Positions 18,428-27,880 of a stretch of 31,441 bases of DNA are shown here, piece by piece. This stretch comes from Patescibacteria group bacterium (lineage in GTDB: Bacteria; Patescibacteriota; Minisyncoccia; Phycocordibacterales; Phycocordibacteraceae), in the NCBI GenBank assembly GCA_038063025.1, contig JBBTWA010000048.1:1-31441 (forward strand), given 5' to 3'. Every line of letters starts with the position of its first letter. Positions within the stretch are counted from its first letter, which is position 1. A program made the position numbers and the translations under genes. The notes beneath the pieces were generated by a model that was given only the letters and a program-made list of their open reading frames with translations, had not been told where the DNA came from and ran no database searches.

Positions 18428-18505
18428 TGGAATGGAGTGTTACATATTTCGTATTTTCACTACATGTGTGCATTTACTGTTTTTGCTTTATACTTTATAA
18501 AATCA

Positions 18506-20773
18506 ATGAGGGACAAACTATTTGCATTCGCTTTACACTACATACATCTCTTTATCTTGGGTGGTGCTCTTATGGTGTCTTCGGTCGCTCTAATGTTCAT
18601 AGAGAAATTCGATATGTCTCGGCTTCAAGCCTTTGGCCCGACTGCTCAAATCTATTTCGTCGGTATAAATAACGGTGTTATAACTGCAACAATCATACTT
18701 CTCATATCTTTTGTCGCTGCTACTTTTTTTGGTGCATATCTAGAGAAGATTCAAACTTTTCTTAAAAATTTCTACTTGTCATTAAGTAACAACAAAAGAA
18801 ATATTCTTATCCTTCTCATCTGCATTGTATTTTCCTTCGCGACCCATGTTGGAAATATAATGAACGGTTATTTTGTGACGGATGATTTCACCATCATAAA
18901 TTTAAATCATTCTGAGTCTTTTCCCAAGGCTGTTCTCACACCATATGGGAATGACCACGTGCTTCCTCTCTTCAGGACAGAGATGAAAGTGATAGACACG
19001 GTCTTTGGTCAAAACGCTCTTCCGTTCAATGCATTTATTTTTATTCTCTTCGCACTCACGCCATTTTTCGTATACCTCACGTTCAGGAGACTGGGCATAG
19101 GCATGCTGTCATTCTTAATGTTTCTGACTCTGTATAGCGGAGCTACCAGTTGGGCGGATATGCTAACCGGTTACTACACAATGACCTTGTATCTGCAGAT
19201 ATTATTCTTTTTCTCCATGGCTATATGGACATATATAACATGGAATCAACTAAAGGAACGCAAATACCTCATCTTACTTGGCGCTTCAGTAGCTCTTGCT
19301 CTAGCTATAGACATATCTGGGATATGGGTTATTCCTTCGATTCTCTTATTTATAGCAATCATCGGATGGATTCAAAGCAAGACCAGTATGCTGAACGCCC
19401 TTGCCTTCTTAAAAGAAAATAAACATCCTCTTATTATTGTAGTTTCTGTCAGCGTATTCTTTGTGGCATTTTGGGCATTCTCGTTCACCGTCATACAGCC
19501 GGATACCTTTTTGTCTACTCTAAACAGTGAGGATATCAACAAAATATCATCCGCCCAAAAATCCGAAACCTGGAAACTTATCCCTTTAACAGAAAATTTT
19601 GTGTCTTTTTTCAGCTCCGGCGTTTCTCTCCCTATAGTTGCACCAAGCGTCGTTAAAATACTTACTCATCCATCTATTAGGGATACGTTTGATTCGATTT
19701 GGCCGATTTTTGAGCTAATTATTTTCGTTATAAACATATTGTTCTTTCAATTCGTCTTTAAACACTCTGCACGCAAAGAAAAGGGACTCATTTTATGGCT
19801 TCTGGGCGGAATGATTCTCACAATAGTTATGGTTATTCTCGCTCGCCCTAACCACAATCCTATTCCAGATTTCGACTATCGCTATGCGGGGGCGCCATTC
19901 TTTTTCTATGCGATATTTCTTGCCATATCAGCTTCTATCTTACTCAAATCAAAAAAGGAATACTCTATAAAACTTTTGATTTCGCTGATGGTCATATTTT
20001 TAGCAACTCAACAAGCCTTCAGCTTTCATGCTCTTCGGCTCAAAGTGGAGGCAGAACAAAGAACCGCGGCAGTTGTTCAATTAAAAAACAGCCTGCTCAC
20101 TGAACTCGTCGTATTAAAGACATACGAAAAAAATTCAACGCTTCTAATCCCGAATCTTTTGGGCGGACATATATTTCAGACAATGTCCGGGATCTCGCTT
20201 GCTGATTACGTCACTTTCTTCAACCCAAAAATGCCGATACGGTTTATTAGAAATAATGCTATTCCTTCTGACCCCGCCTCAAACATAACCGTCATTGTGC
20301 CAAGCTTGCGCGCTTCAACGAGCCCAGAGTTCAAAGATGCTCTTATGGAACAGGGGGTCATACGTTCATACTACATTTCGCCTGCACTGATGAGTTATAG
20401 CACTATAGATAAGACTGCCAGTTCCATAGTACAATTGACTACAAAAGGAAACGGAGACGTCCTAATACAGCGAGTAGGATTTGACCCAGAAAAAAAGCAC
20501 GTAGTCGGACTCACTCTCTCCACCGATGACACTCCGGGGAATCTTGAACTTTCATTCTTTTTTAAGAACGACTTCAACGCCGATGGAACAATGGGAAACA
20601 TACGGATAGACGATTACACATTCTACAGAATGAAAGACGGAAGGCGCATATACACCATCGAGACTGACCTCCTACAGATATACGCTTACGCACTTTCAGA
20701 TAAAATATCCGACCTCACATTGTATATACCAGAAACAAAAAACCCTTTGCTAATCGAAACGTACTTTAGATAG
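18506..20773 (+). CDS. Large polytopic membrane protein, GT-C-like glycosyltransferase with C-terminal extracytoplasmic domain
   Basis: About 755 aa and more than 12 hydrophobic segments; first-loop motif GYFVTDDF...NDHVLPLFR resembles the GT-C DD...xPL pattern; late YRY motif. Start at 18506 preferred over 18437. Confidence 0.6.
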   Translation: MRDKLFAFALHYIHLFILGGALMVSSVALMFIEKFDMSRLQAFGPTAQIYFVGINNGVITATIILLISFVAATFFGAYLEKIQTFLKNFYLSLSNNKRNILILLICIVFSFATHVGNIMNGYFVTDDFTIINLNHSESFPKAVLTPYGNDHVLPLFRTEMKVIDTVFGQNALPFNAFIFILFALTPFFVYLTFRRLGIGMLSFLMFLTLYSGATSWADMLTGYYTMTLYLQILFFFSMAIWTYITWNQLKERKYLILLGASVALALAIDISGIWVIPSILLFIAIIGWIQSKTSMLNALAFLKENKHPLIIVVSVSVFFVAFWAFSFTVIQPDTFLSTLNSEDINKISSAQKSETWKLIPLTENFVSFFSSGVSLPIVAPSVVKILTHPSIRDTFDSIWPIFELIIFVINILFFQFVFKHSARKEKGLILWLLGGMILTIVMVILARPNHNPIPDFDYRYAGAPFFFYAIFLAISASILLKSKKEYSIKLLISLMVIFLATQQAFSFHALRLKVEAEQRTAAVVQLKNSLLTELVVLKTYEKNSTLLIPNLLGGHIFQTMSGISLADYVTFFNPKMPIRFIRNNAIPSDPASNITVIVPSLRASTSPEFKDALMEQGVIRSYYISPALMSYSTIDKTASSIVQLTTKGNGDVLIQRVGFDPEKKHVVGLTLSTDDTPGNLELSFFFKNDFNADGTMGNIRIDDYTFYRMKDGRRIYTIETDLLQIYAYALSDKISDLTLYIPETKNPLLIETYFR

Positions 20774-20777
20774 TCTC

Positions 20778-22436
20778 TTACTTCTTCAAAACTGTCAGTA
20801 CAGAAACTCCGAAAGGAAAATCAATGTTCTTGAGAAGTTTTCTTTCAGCATTAAATATTGAGAAGAAAAACTTATTCAAGAATGGACTATTGATATCAAA
20901 GTCCGATTCTCTGCCCTTTATACCGAACAGTTTACTTATCAAGCGAACGCCGAAAATTGGCAGAAATAGGAATGTGTTGAAATAAGAAGACCTAAGTACC
21001 TCAAGCGAGGTAGATTCACCAACCTTCTTTAGCAAAGAATTCATCGTATAACGACGGTAATGATGAGCTACTTCATCCTGTACACCCCATAGGAACATGT
21101 AAGCAGGGACCATAATTATCGCCACTCCTCCAGGCTTCAGCACACGCCTTATCTCGTCGAGCGCCCATTTCTCATCCTCGAGATGCTCGAGTACATCGAG
21201 AACGAATACAGTATCAAAGGTGTCATCCGGAAAATCCACTTTATGTGAGTCAATGACATTCAGATTCTTTACTCCCTGAAGCATACCGAACTTGATTGCC
21301 TCTTCGGAAATATCCAATCCGTATGCTTGGTATCCTTGCTTTGCTAGCTCGTCGACAAATACTCCAGAACCGCAACCGAAGTCCAAGACTTTAGTTGCTA
21401 CTGGCTTCTTGTTCATATACAATTTCATATTGTCACTTGCAATCATCCTCCTGACTACCATGAGCCAATGTTCTTTTTCGATTTTAAAATAGTTTTTATA
21501 GAAACTTCTTTCCATGCCTGATGTATTCAGATCCCACAAATTCCAGTTAAATCTCTCGATATATTCATTGAGACATATCTTCCAATCTCTTGTCAAATGT
21601 GGGGCGATCTTTTTTAATTCTATATTTGTAAGTCTCTCTGAATGCGGACGAGGTGCAAAATAATTTTCCGAGAAAAAATCCGATTCGACTTCTTTCACTT
21701 TTACCTGATCGGTGAGTCCTAAACTCTCAAGAAGGTGTCTAGCGACATCGACTCGATTTCCGCCACCGTCACATGCCCCATGATACAAGCCGTATGCATC
21801 GTGGTCAAGAAGATATTTTATCGATTGCGCCAAGTCGTAGGTGTGGCATGGCGTGCCAAATTTATCATTTACTACTGCAAGTTCCTTGCTGCCAGCTCGA
21901 AGCTGTTTGATAATCTTGTTGACGAATTTTTTATCTTTTTTCGGACCACCTCCCATCATCCATCCGGCGCGTATGATAATCGACTTTGGCAACGTCTTTG
22001 CGATCAATTCGCCACCATATTTAGATTTACCGTATACACTCAATGGGTTTGGAGTATCATTCTCTGTGTATTCGTCCTTACCTCCGTCAAAGATTCCTGC
22101 TGTAGAGATATACACCAGTGGTATGTTGTGGTTTCTCGCGTATTCCGCTACGTTCAGCACCCCTCCTGTATTCGTAGCATAGGCATCTTCCGGATGAAGT
22201 TCGCAATATTCCATGTCGGTCAAGGCAGCCAGATGGACGATATAATTAGGTTTCACCTCTGTTAAATATGTGGCAACGTTCTTTGAGACGCGCACGTCTA
22301 GCCGCTCAAGCCATGGGGCATTTAGGTCAATATCCGAGAAGCGAGCGTTGCATACGTCTTTAAAAACATCGTAAACGGCCTCGCCAAGCATGCCGCCGCA
22401 GCCTGTTATTATTACCCTGTCGCTTTTGTGTATCAC
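20778..22436 (-). CDS. Fusion of an RmlD-like (dTDP-4-dehydrorhamnose reductase-family) SDR with a class I SAM methyltransferase
   Basis: N-terminal half: ITGCGGMLG, HLAALTD, YISTAGIFDG, YGKSKY, APRP. C-terminal half from Met308: E..HW, VLDFGCGSG, GLDIS, FDTVFVLDVLEH, RVLKPGG, HYRRYT. GTG start. Confidence 0.88.
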   Translation of the reverse strand: MIHKSDRVIITGCGGMLGEAVYDVFKDVCNARFSDIDLNAPWLERLDVRVSKNVATYLTEVKPNYIVHLAALTDMEYCELHPEDAYATNTGGVLNVAEYARNHNIPLVYISTAGIFDGGKDEYTENDTPNPLSVYGKSKYGGELIAKTLPKSIIIRAGWMMGGGPKKDKKFVNKIIKQLRAGSKELAVVNDKFGTPCHTYDLAQSIKYLLDHDAYGLYHGACDGGGNRVDVARHLLESLGLTDQVKVKEVESDFFSENYFAPRPHSERLTNIELKKIAPHLTRDWKICLNEYIERFNWNLWDLNTSGMERSFYKNYFKIEKEHWLMVVRRMIASDNMKLYMNKKPVATKVLDFGCGSGVFVDELAKQGYQAYGLDISEEAIKFGMLQGVKNLNVIDSHKVDFPDDTFDTVFVLDVLEHLEDEKWALDEIRRVLKPGGVAIIMVPAYMFLWGVQDEVAHHYRRYTMNSLLKKVGESTSLEVLRSSYFNTFLFLPIFGVRLISKLFGIKGRESDFDINSPFLNKFFFSIFNAERKLLKNIDFPFGVSVLTVLKK

Positions 22437-22443
22437 AAAAAAA

Positions 22444-23151
22444 TTATAATAACCCGAACCTGTATTTTAACATCTCTACAATAGTCGACACAATAACGTT
22501 CATTCTTGAGCCAGAAGCGAGTCCTTCAGTACGTGGAAAATGAGTGACCGGGAATTGGGCGACCTTAAAGCCCGCTTTCTTTGCTTTGATAATCATTTCG
22601 GCATCGATAAAACAACTAGAGCTCTTGATTGAGATGCTATTTAAGATTTCTCGTTTGTAAATTTTCATCGCACAATCAATGTCACGACACCAAACAAAGA
22701 ACAGAATGCGAATGAGCCAATTCCACACTTCAGACTGCACTTTGCGACGAAAAGAAACCTCTTTTTTTGTAACATACCCGCTCAGTACATCTGCCGTCTC
22801 TAAGAGATGAAGATATGGCAAAAATTCCCGCACATCATACTGATTGTCCCCATCGGTGTACATGACATAGTCATATTTCGCCGTAACGTATCCGCTGCGA
22901 AGCGCAGCTCCATAGCCCATATTCTTATGGTGATGTATTACACGTACATTTGGAAACTCTTTCGCTAGAGAATCCGCGACCTCGCCGGTTTTATCTGGAC
23001 TACCGTCCTCCACAATGATGATTTCAAAAATATCTGTTATTTCTTCTAAGAATTTAGAAACGTGAGGTACGAGAATCGGCAGATTTTTCTCATCATGATA
23101 CGCCGGGCAGAAGAAAGACACACTCGATAATTTATTAAGATTTTCCAACAT
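22444..23151 (-). CDS. DPM1-like GT2 polyprenol-phosphate glycosyltransferase
   Basis: FFCPAYHDE, IVEDGSPD, NMGYGAALRSG, YTDGDNQYD, RDIDCAMK. Confidence 0.88.
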   Translation of the reverse strand: MLENLNKLSSVSFFCPAYHDEKNLPILVPHVSKFLEEITDIFEIIIVEDGSPDKTGEVADSLAKEFPNVRVIHHHKNMGYGAALRSGYVTAKYDYVMYTDGDNQYDVREFLPYLHLLETADVLSGYVTKKEVSFRRKVQSEVWNWLIRILFFVWCRDIDCAMKIYKREILNSISIKSSSCFIDAEMIIKAKKAGFKVAQFPVTHFPRTEGLASGSRMNVIVSTIVEMLKYRFGLL

Positions 23152-23157
23152 ATCGGA

Positions 23158-23862
23158 TTATCGTTCTATAGCCCAGAACTTCAGAATTTTTAAGATTATT
23201 CTGACTCCATCGCGATACCGTATCTTCTTACCTGCATCCTGTGTACGCGGATTATACGATACAGGTACTTCTATAATCTTATATCCATCTTTCAACAGAC
23301 GTGTTATGAAAATCATTTCGGCTTCGAATCTACCAGTCGTGAAGTAGTCGAATGTCACGCGCGGAAAAAGTTTGTAGCCCATAAGAGCATCAGTCATCGA
23401 TGAACCATACAAGATGTTTATTAGTTTAGTTATCGATAAAGAACCGATGCGCGATAGCAGATTACTTTTTTCTTCATTTTGATTGCCCAATTCTCTAGAA
23501 CCCATCACGACAACTTTCTCTCCTGGAGAAAGACTTTCAAGAGGCTTTAATAACAGTGGAATTTCTTCCGGGGTACATTCTAGATCTGCGTCTTGAATGA
23601 CGGCATAGTTTCCTGTTGCTACGTCTATTCCAGCTTTGACAGCACTGCCCTTCCCACTGTTCTTTGCTAGATTCAGGACTTTAACACGAGACATGAAGCC
23701 ATTTAACACTAAAGCAGTATCGTCTGTCGAGCCATCATTAACAACAATAATCTCAACTGACCAATCCGTAAAAAGTATCTTAAGCAAGCGTTCTATAACA
23801 AGGCCGACAGTTCGTTCCTCGTTGTAACACGGAACGATGATTGATAATTTTTTAATGTTCAT
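23158..23862 (-). CDS. DPM1-like GT2 polyprenol-phosphate glycosyltransferase
   Basis: IIVPCYNEE, VNDGSTD, GKGSA, IQDADLE, VMGSR, TDALMGYK, EVPVSYNPR...GKKI...DG. Confidence 0.9.
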   Translation of the reverse strand: MNIKKLSIIVPCYNEERTVGLVIERLLKILFTDWSVEIIVVNDGSTDDTALVLNGFMSRVKVLNLAKNSGKGSAVKAGIDVATGNYAVIQDADLECTPEEIPLLLKPLESLSPGEKVVVMGSRELGNQNEEKSNLLSRIGSLSITKLINILYGSSMTDALMGYKLFPRVTFDYFTTGRFEAEMIFITRLLKDGYKIIEVPVSYNPRTQDAGKKIRYRDGVRIILKILKFWAIER

Positions 23863-25219
23863 GCGGAAGGTTTTTACTCGTGCGCTCGCGAGTTAACACT
23901 AACCCAGCATACGCCACGGCAAAAATAATCGGTTCAACAGGCATACGGAATCTGGCATTCACTGATAACCCATTTACCATAGTAGTTAGCATGAAATAAA
24001 AAACGACAATGACCGAAAATAGTAACTCTGGAGAGAAAAGTTTTGCTCGTAAGAGTCTGTATAGACCTAACCAAAAAAGTATCGTAACGGTTATCCAGAA
24101 CAACCGAGCAAAAAATACAAACGCCATATTAGTATGCATATATTCCCAAATAGTCTGAGCAAATTGCCATGGTGCGGTTATAAGCAGTAGGAGTGCTGGT
24201 TTTTGGAGATAAGATATCGGATTAATTCCGGCGGCCTGCAAGAATGTCAACATGCCGTCATGGGTAAAAAAGGTGAGCGCGTTTAGCGCTGAAAGCTCAA
24301 TAAGAGCAACAGGATGGCGTGATATTTCGGCTATCGCTTTTCCTGACAAAGAAGACAAGCTCGAGAGGTCTGAGTCGAGGAACACCGGTAGTTTTGCCTG
24401 TTCAACAGCGAAGCTCGTGTGATTCGCGATTGCGAGCACTGATGGCAGGAGCGTACCGTAGAGATTGAACGGCATCTGCGAGCTCAAGTTCGCGACGCCG
24501 AACGTCGTGTAATTGCGATAGAGCCATGGAATAAGCACGAACACGAAGACGACAACGAATGAGCCGAGCTGTATGAATAGTTTACGGTCGAGTGTTTTCC
24601 GGAACCGCCACACCATAAATGCGCCTACGACCACCGGCACGTATTGCACGGTCGGTTTTATGAGCGTAACGAGTCCGAGCAGGAATCCGGAAAGCATGGC
24701 CAACCGCATGGATGGCGTCCTCAAATAGCGGAAGAACGCGAGGAAGAAGATGCCGAACGTAAACGTGAACATGGTCTCGGTATAGAAGATGAAGGAGAAG
24801 AGCACTTGATACGGCGCAAGCGCGAGCAGTGCGCCGATGACGAGTGGCGCACGCGAGAGAGACGGCACAAGCACGCGTGCAAATTGCATGCCTATGACCG
24901 GTATGAGTGCACCAAGCACGAGTTGCACAATCGCGGTTGCCGCATAACTTCCTGTGAGCGAGAGGAGACCATACAAGACATACGGATAGCCTGGCACACC
25001 ATACGAATACGGCAAGAATGGTGCAGTCGGATTGATGCTGAACCCATTTCCGAGCAACAAGTTCTGGCTTAGCCCGAAATAACCGTCCTGACCACGAACC
25101 GTCGCTATCACGTCTCCCCCGTTCGCATATAAGCAAACGAAGAAAAAAACGAGTCTCGCAACAAGAGCGAGAGCGAAGATGCCGAGTTCGAGCTTATGTT
25201 GCTTGAGAAATGTTTGCAT
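23852..25219 (-). CDS. GT-C (PMT/ArnT-like) membrane glycosyltransferase
   Basis: 455 aa, about 11 hydrophobic helices; DGY...NL..G.GF, PGYP, YTE, G..TLIKP, PW..RN and terminal ARFRMPVEP motifs. Confidence 0.8.
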   Translation of the reverse strand: MQTFLKQHKLELGIFALALVARLVFFFVCLYANGGDVIATVRGQDGYFGLSQNLLLGNGFSINPTAPFLPYSYGVPGYPYVLYGLLSLTGSYAATAIVQLVLGALIPVIGMQFARVLVPSLSRAPLVIGALLALAPYQVLFSFIFYTETMFTFTFGIFFLAFFRYLRTPSMRLAMLSGFLLGLVTLIKPTVQYVPVVVGAFMVWRFRKTLDRKLFIQLGSFVVVFVFVLIPWLYRNYTTFGVANLSSQMPFNLYGTLLPSVLAIANHTSFAVEQAKLPVFLDSDLSSLSSLSGKAIAEISRHPVALIELSALNALTFFTHDGMLTFLQAAGINPISYLQKPALLLLITAPWQFAQTIWEYMHTNMAFVFFARLFWITVTILFWLGLYRLLRAKLFSPELLFSVIVVFYFMLTTMVNGLSVNARFRMPVEPIIFAVAYAGLVLTRERTSKNLPHEH

Positions 25220-26792
25220 TCGGGAATATGATATACCGATACACGCCTAAACTCCATATCGCTATGATGCCGGCAGAGAGGACCTGTGACAGCAGGTGCG
25301 GCAGGTGCAGTCCATCGACGAACGTGTACATTATTAGCGCGTTCATCGATACGTTGAATAGCGCGATGACGACATACCGACCAAACTGACGTGCGATCCA
25401 ACCGCGCGACCAATCGCGGAACGTGAAGAATTTTTGCGCGAGGAAGCTCACGACGACCGAAAGGATGAACGCGAGCGTCGAAGCAGCCATGTACCACAGG
25501 TCGAATGCCAGCTCGAAAAAGATAAAGAGCCCGATATTTGAGGTGAACGCAATCCCTCCGGACAACAGGTAACGGAACAATAGACGGAGTATCGCCCTGT
25601 TTTCCGCGACGGTCCATGCCGTCACATTATCCATGAACGAGAGGATGCGGCTCGCTCGCTTGCGCCAAGTGTGCTCCATTACCTTCGTGTAGGCGGCTGT
25701 AACCTTTCGAGAGGCCTCTCCCGCGCCATGAACGGCCTTTTCTATAGTCGTGGCAAACGAGGAGGCTGAGTCAGGCTCAGCGAAAAACACGTCTTCATCG
25801 GTAACAATTTCTTCGATTGACGGTATCCTCGATGCTACCACCGGAACACGACTCGCCATGTACTCAAACAGCTTCATAGGCGAGGTATAGTATTTAGAAA
25901 TATTTTCCTTTGCGGTATTCGGTAAAACAAGAACATCTGCCGCCTTCTGCCACAGCGGGATTTCCGCGTGCGGCTTAAAGCCGACAAACCGCAGATTCGG
26001 CACGGCAACGTGCGCATCTGTAAGCCTCTGGCGGTCTTCCGGCGTCCCTCCGACGAAGATGACGAGATAGTCATCCGGAAGCAGGTGCGCGGCGTCCGCG
26101 AGAGTATCGACTCCTTTCCATCCGTACAAATGCCCCGTATAAACAATTATCTTCACCGTATGAGGGAGCAACAGTCGCTCGCGCGCCGCTTCTTTCGTCA
26201 CCGGAATATCAAACTCGTCTATCTGCACCGCATTCGGCTCGCGCAGTACGCGCATACTGTCGAGACGGAAAGTCTTCTTCGCCTTCTCCGCCTTCCATGT
26301 GTTGTGAATGAGTAGCCAGCTCATTCGTCGCATGAAGATGCCGAAGAGTCCGAGACCGCGTTCCGGAAAATCATGCATCTCATATAATGTCTTTGGAAAC
26401 GTGAGCGACGCGACCATGAGTGGCAGTGGCTCGTTCGAGTATATCACGTCGTCGGACGTAGCGTGGCGCAACAGATATAAGTAACACGAGAGTGCAAACG
26501 TGAACGAGCTGAGCATGAAACGGATTGATGTCAACTTGTCTTTCGAGGGCAGATCGAGCACTGGCAAGTACGCAATGCGAAAGTTTTCACGTACTTGGTA
26601 ATACGCATACGGATCTCCCTGCTCCAGACCAAGCCGTCGCGACACAAGCAGTGTGACATCAAGTTCCTCGTCGGCGAATGCTTCACAGTTCTTCGCAGCG
26701 AAGAGCGACGCCGCTTTGTTGCTCGGAAACCTTCCGTGGAATATGAGAAACAGCTTTTTCGCGCGTCCTGACGATGCGTTGTGCGAGCTCAT
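25194..26792 (-). CDS. GT4 glycosyltransferase fused to a C-terminal GtrA-like (polyprenol-P-sugar flippase) domain
   Basis: GT4: YTGHLYGWKG, FVGG, DVLVLP, SPMKLFEYMAS. The last ~130 aa (about 25590-25194) read FRYLLSGG...SFLAQKFFTF...YRYIIF, a GtrA-type 4-TM pattern. Confidence 0.88.
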   Translation of the reverse strand: MSSHNASSGRAKKLFLIFHGRFPSNKAASLFAAKNCEAFADEELDVTLLVSRRLGLEQGDPYAYYQVRENFRIAYLPVLDLPSKDKLTSIRFMLSSFTFALSCYLYLLRHATSDDVIYSNEPLPLMVASLTFPKTLYEMHDFPERGLGLFGIFMRRMSWLLIHNTWKAEKAKKTFRLDSMRVLREPNAVQIDEFDIPVTKEAARERLLLPHTVKIIVYTGHLYGWKGVDTLADAAHLLPDDYLVIFVGGTPEDRQRLTDAHVAVPNLRFVGFKPHAEIPLWQKAADVLVLPNTAKENISKYYTSPMKLFEYMASRVPVVASRIPSIEEIVTDEDVFFAEPDSASSFATTIEKAVHGAGEASRKVTAAYTKVMEHTWRKRASRILSFMDNVTAWTVAENRAILRLLFRYLLSGGIAFTSNIGLFIFFELAFDLWYMAASTLAFILSVVVSFLAQKFFTFRDWSRGWIARQFGRYVVIALFNVSMNALIMYTFVDGLHLPHLLSQVLSAGIIAIWSLGVYRYIIFPNANISQAT

Positions 26793-27877
26793 CGTTCGAG
26801 GAACTCAGCGATTCGTTCGGCTTTCCGGTCCCAAGTGTAATCTTGCACCTTCTCGTACGCCCGCTCGACGTTCCGACTCGCGAGCGCCTCGTCGGCGAGT
26901 ATTTCTTCGACCGCCAACACGAAACCTGCGACATCATGCGGCGCAAATGCATACGCACAGTCGCCCAGTACTTCCTCGACAAGCCAGAGTTTCGAGTAGA
27001 TGATCGGACGCTGGCTCGCCATATATTCGTACACTTTCATCGGATAACCGAACCCAGGCTGATTCGGATACGGGATTGTGATGATGTCCATCGCCATCTG
27101 GTACTGTGCGACCTCGGTCGAACTTTTCACGCCGAAGAAGAAGCAGCGATCCTGCACCCCGAACGACGCCGCAAGTTTGGTGTATTCACGTATCTCCGCA
27201 TCCTTGCCACCGACGCATGCCACGACGCAGGATGCAGGAAGATGCGCGAGCGATTCGATCATTGTCGGGATGCCCTTCTCGAGCCCGAAAGTCTTAAAGA
27301 AGCCGATGTACCCGATGATCGTCTTCCCTTTCGGTAGCCCGAGCTCCGCGCGAGACGCCTTCTGCGTGTCAGCATACAGCTGCAGATTCACGCCGCCGTA
27401 CGCCGAACAGATATGCTCGCTCGTAGCGCCCCCGAGCTGTATTAGGTCGCGCTTCAATCCGTTCGAGGTTGTCACGAGCTCATCACTATTGCGGATGATG
27501 AACCGCTCTTTCTTCGTCTTCAGTACATTATGCCAATCCGAGCAGATGCGGTAGTCGAACCGAAATATCTTTTTCCAAAAGATGAAGTAGGTAAGCAGAA
27601 ACGTGTCGTTCGTGAAGAACACGAGATCATCCTCGTAGCGCCAGCGGTGTACGAAATACGGGATGCAGAAGAAGAAGAACGGGGAGCGGAACTTCTTGAG
27701 ACGCAATCTCAGATTGAACGTGTTGATATCGGTCAGCTCATCTGAAGTATCATTTGCAACGACGAACACGAATCTATTTTTGAGTAACTTCGTAAAGCTC
27801 TTTGCCAATTCGCGAGCATAGATCTTCATGCCATTATCAGCCGGATAGCGCATCGATGTGAAGTATACGAGTTTCAT
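26789..27877 (-). CDS. GT4 glycosyltransferase
   Basis: GYIG...EKG, CVGG, DIITIP, PMKVYEYMASQRPII; ATGA overlap with the next gene. Confidence 0.9.
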   Translation of the reverse strand: MKLVYFTSMRYPADNGMKIYARELAKSFTKLLKNRFVFVVANDTSDELTDINTFNLRLRLKKFRSPFFFFCIPYFVHRWRYEDDLVFFTNDTFLLTYFIFWKKIFRFDYRICSDWHNVLKTKKERFIIRNSDELVTTSNGLKRDLIQLGGATSEHICSAYGGVNLQLYADTQKASRAELGLPKGKTIIGYIGFFKTFGLEKGIPTMIESLAHLPASCVVACVGGKDAEIREYTKLAASFGVQDRCFFFGVKSSTEVAQYQMAMDIITIPYPNQPGFGYPMKVYEYMASQRPIIYSKLWLVEEVLGDCAYAFAPHDVAGFVLAVEEILADEALASRNVERAYEKVQDYTWDRKAERIAEFLER

Positions 27878-27880
27878 TGG

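Noticed and set aside
18462-18471. 10-mer ACATGTGTGC shared between this intergenic region and the dinJ operator (30260-30269)
   Set aside because: The flanking symmetry (TGT...ACA arms) is missing at 18462, and a single 10-mer match is within chance given how many words were compared.
25291-25310. Short tandem GCAGGTGC repeat in the GtrA domain
   Set aside because: Two copies only, explained by coding for HL-P-HL.
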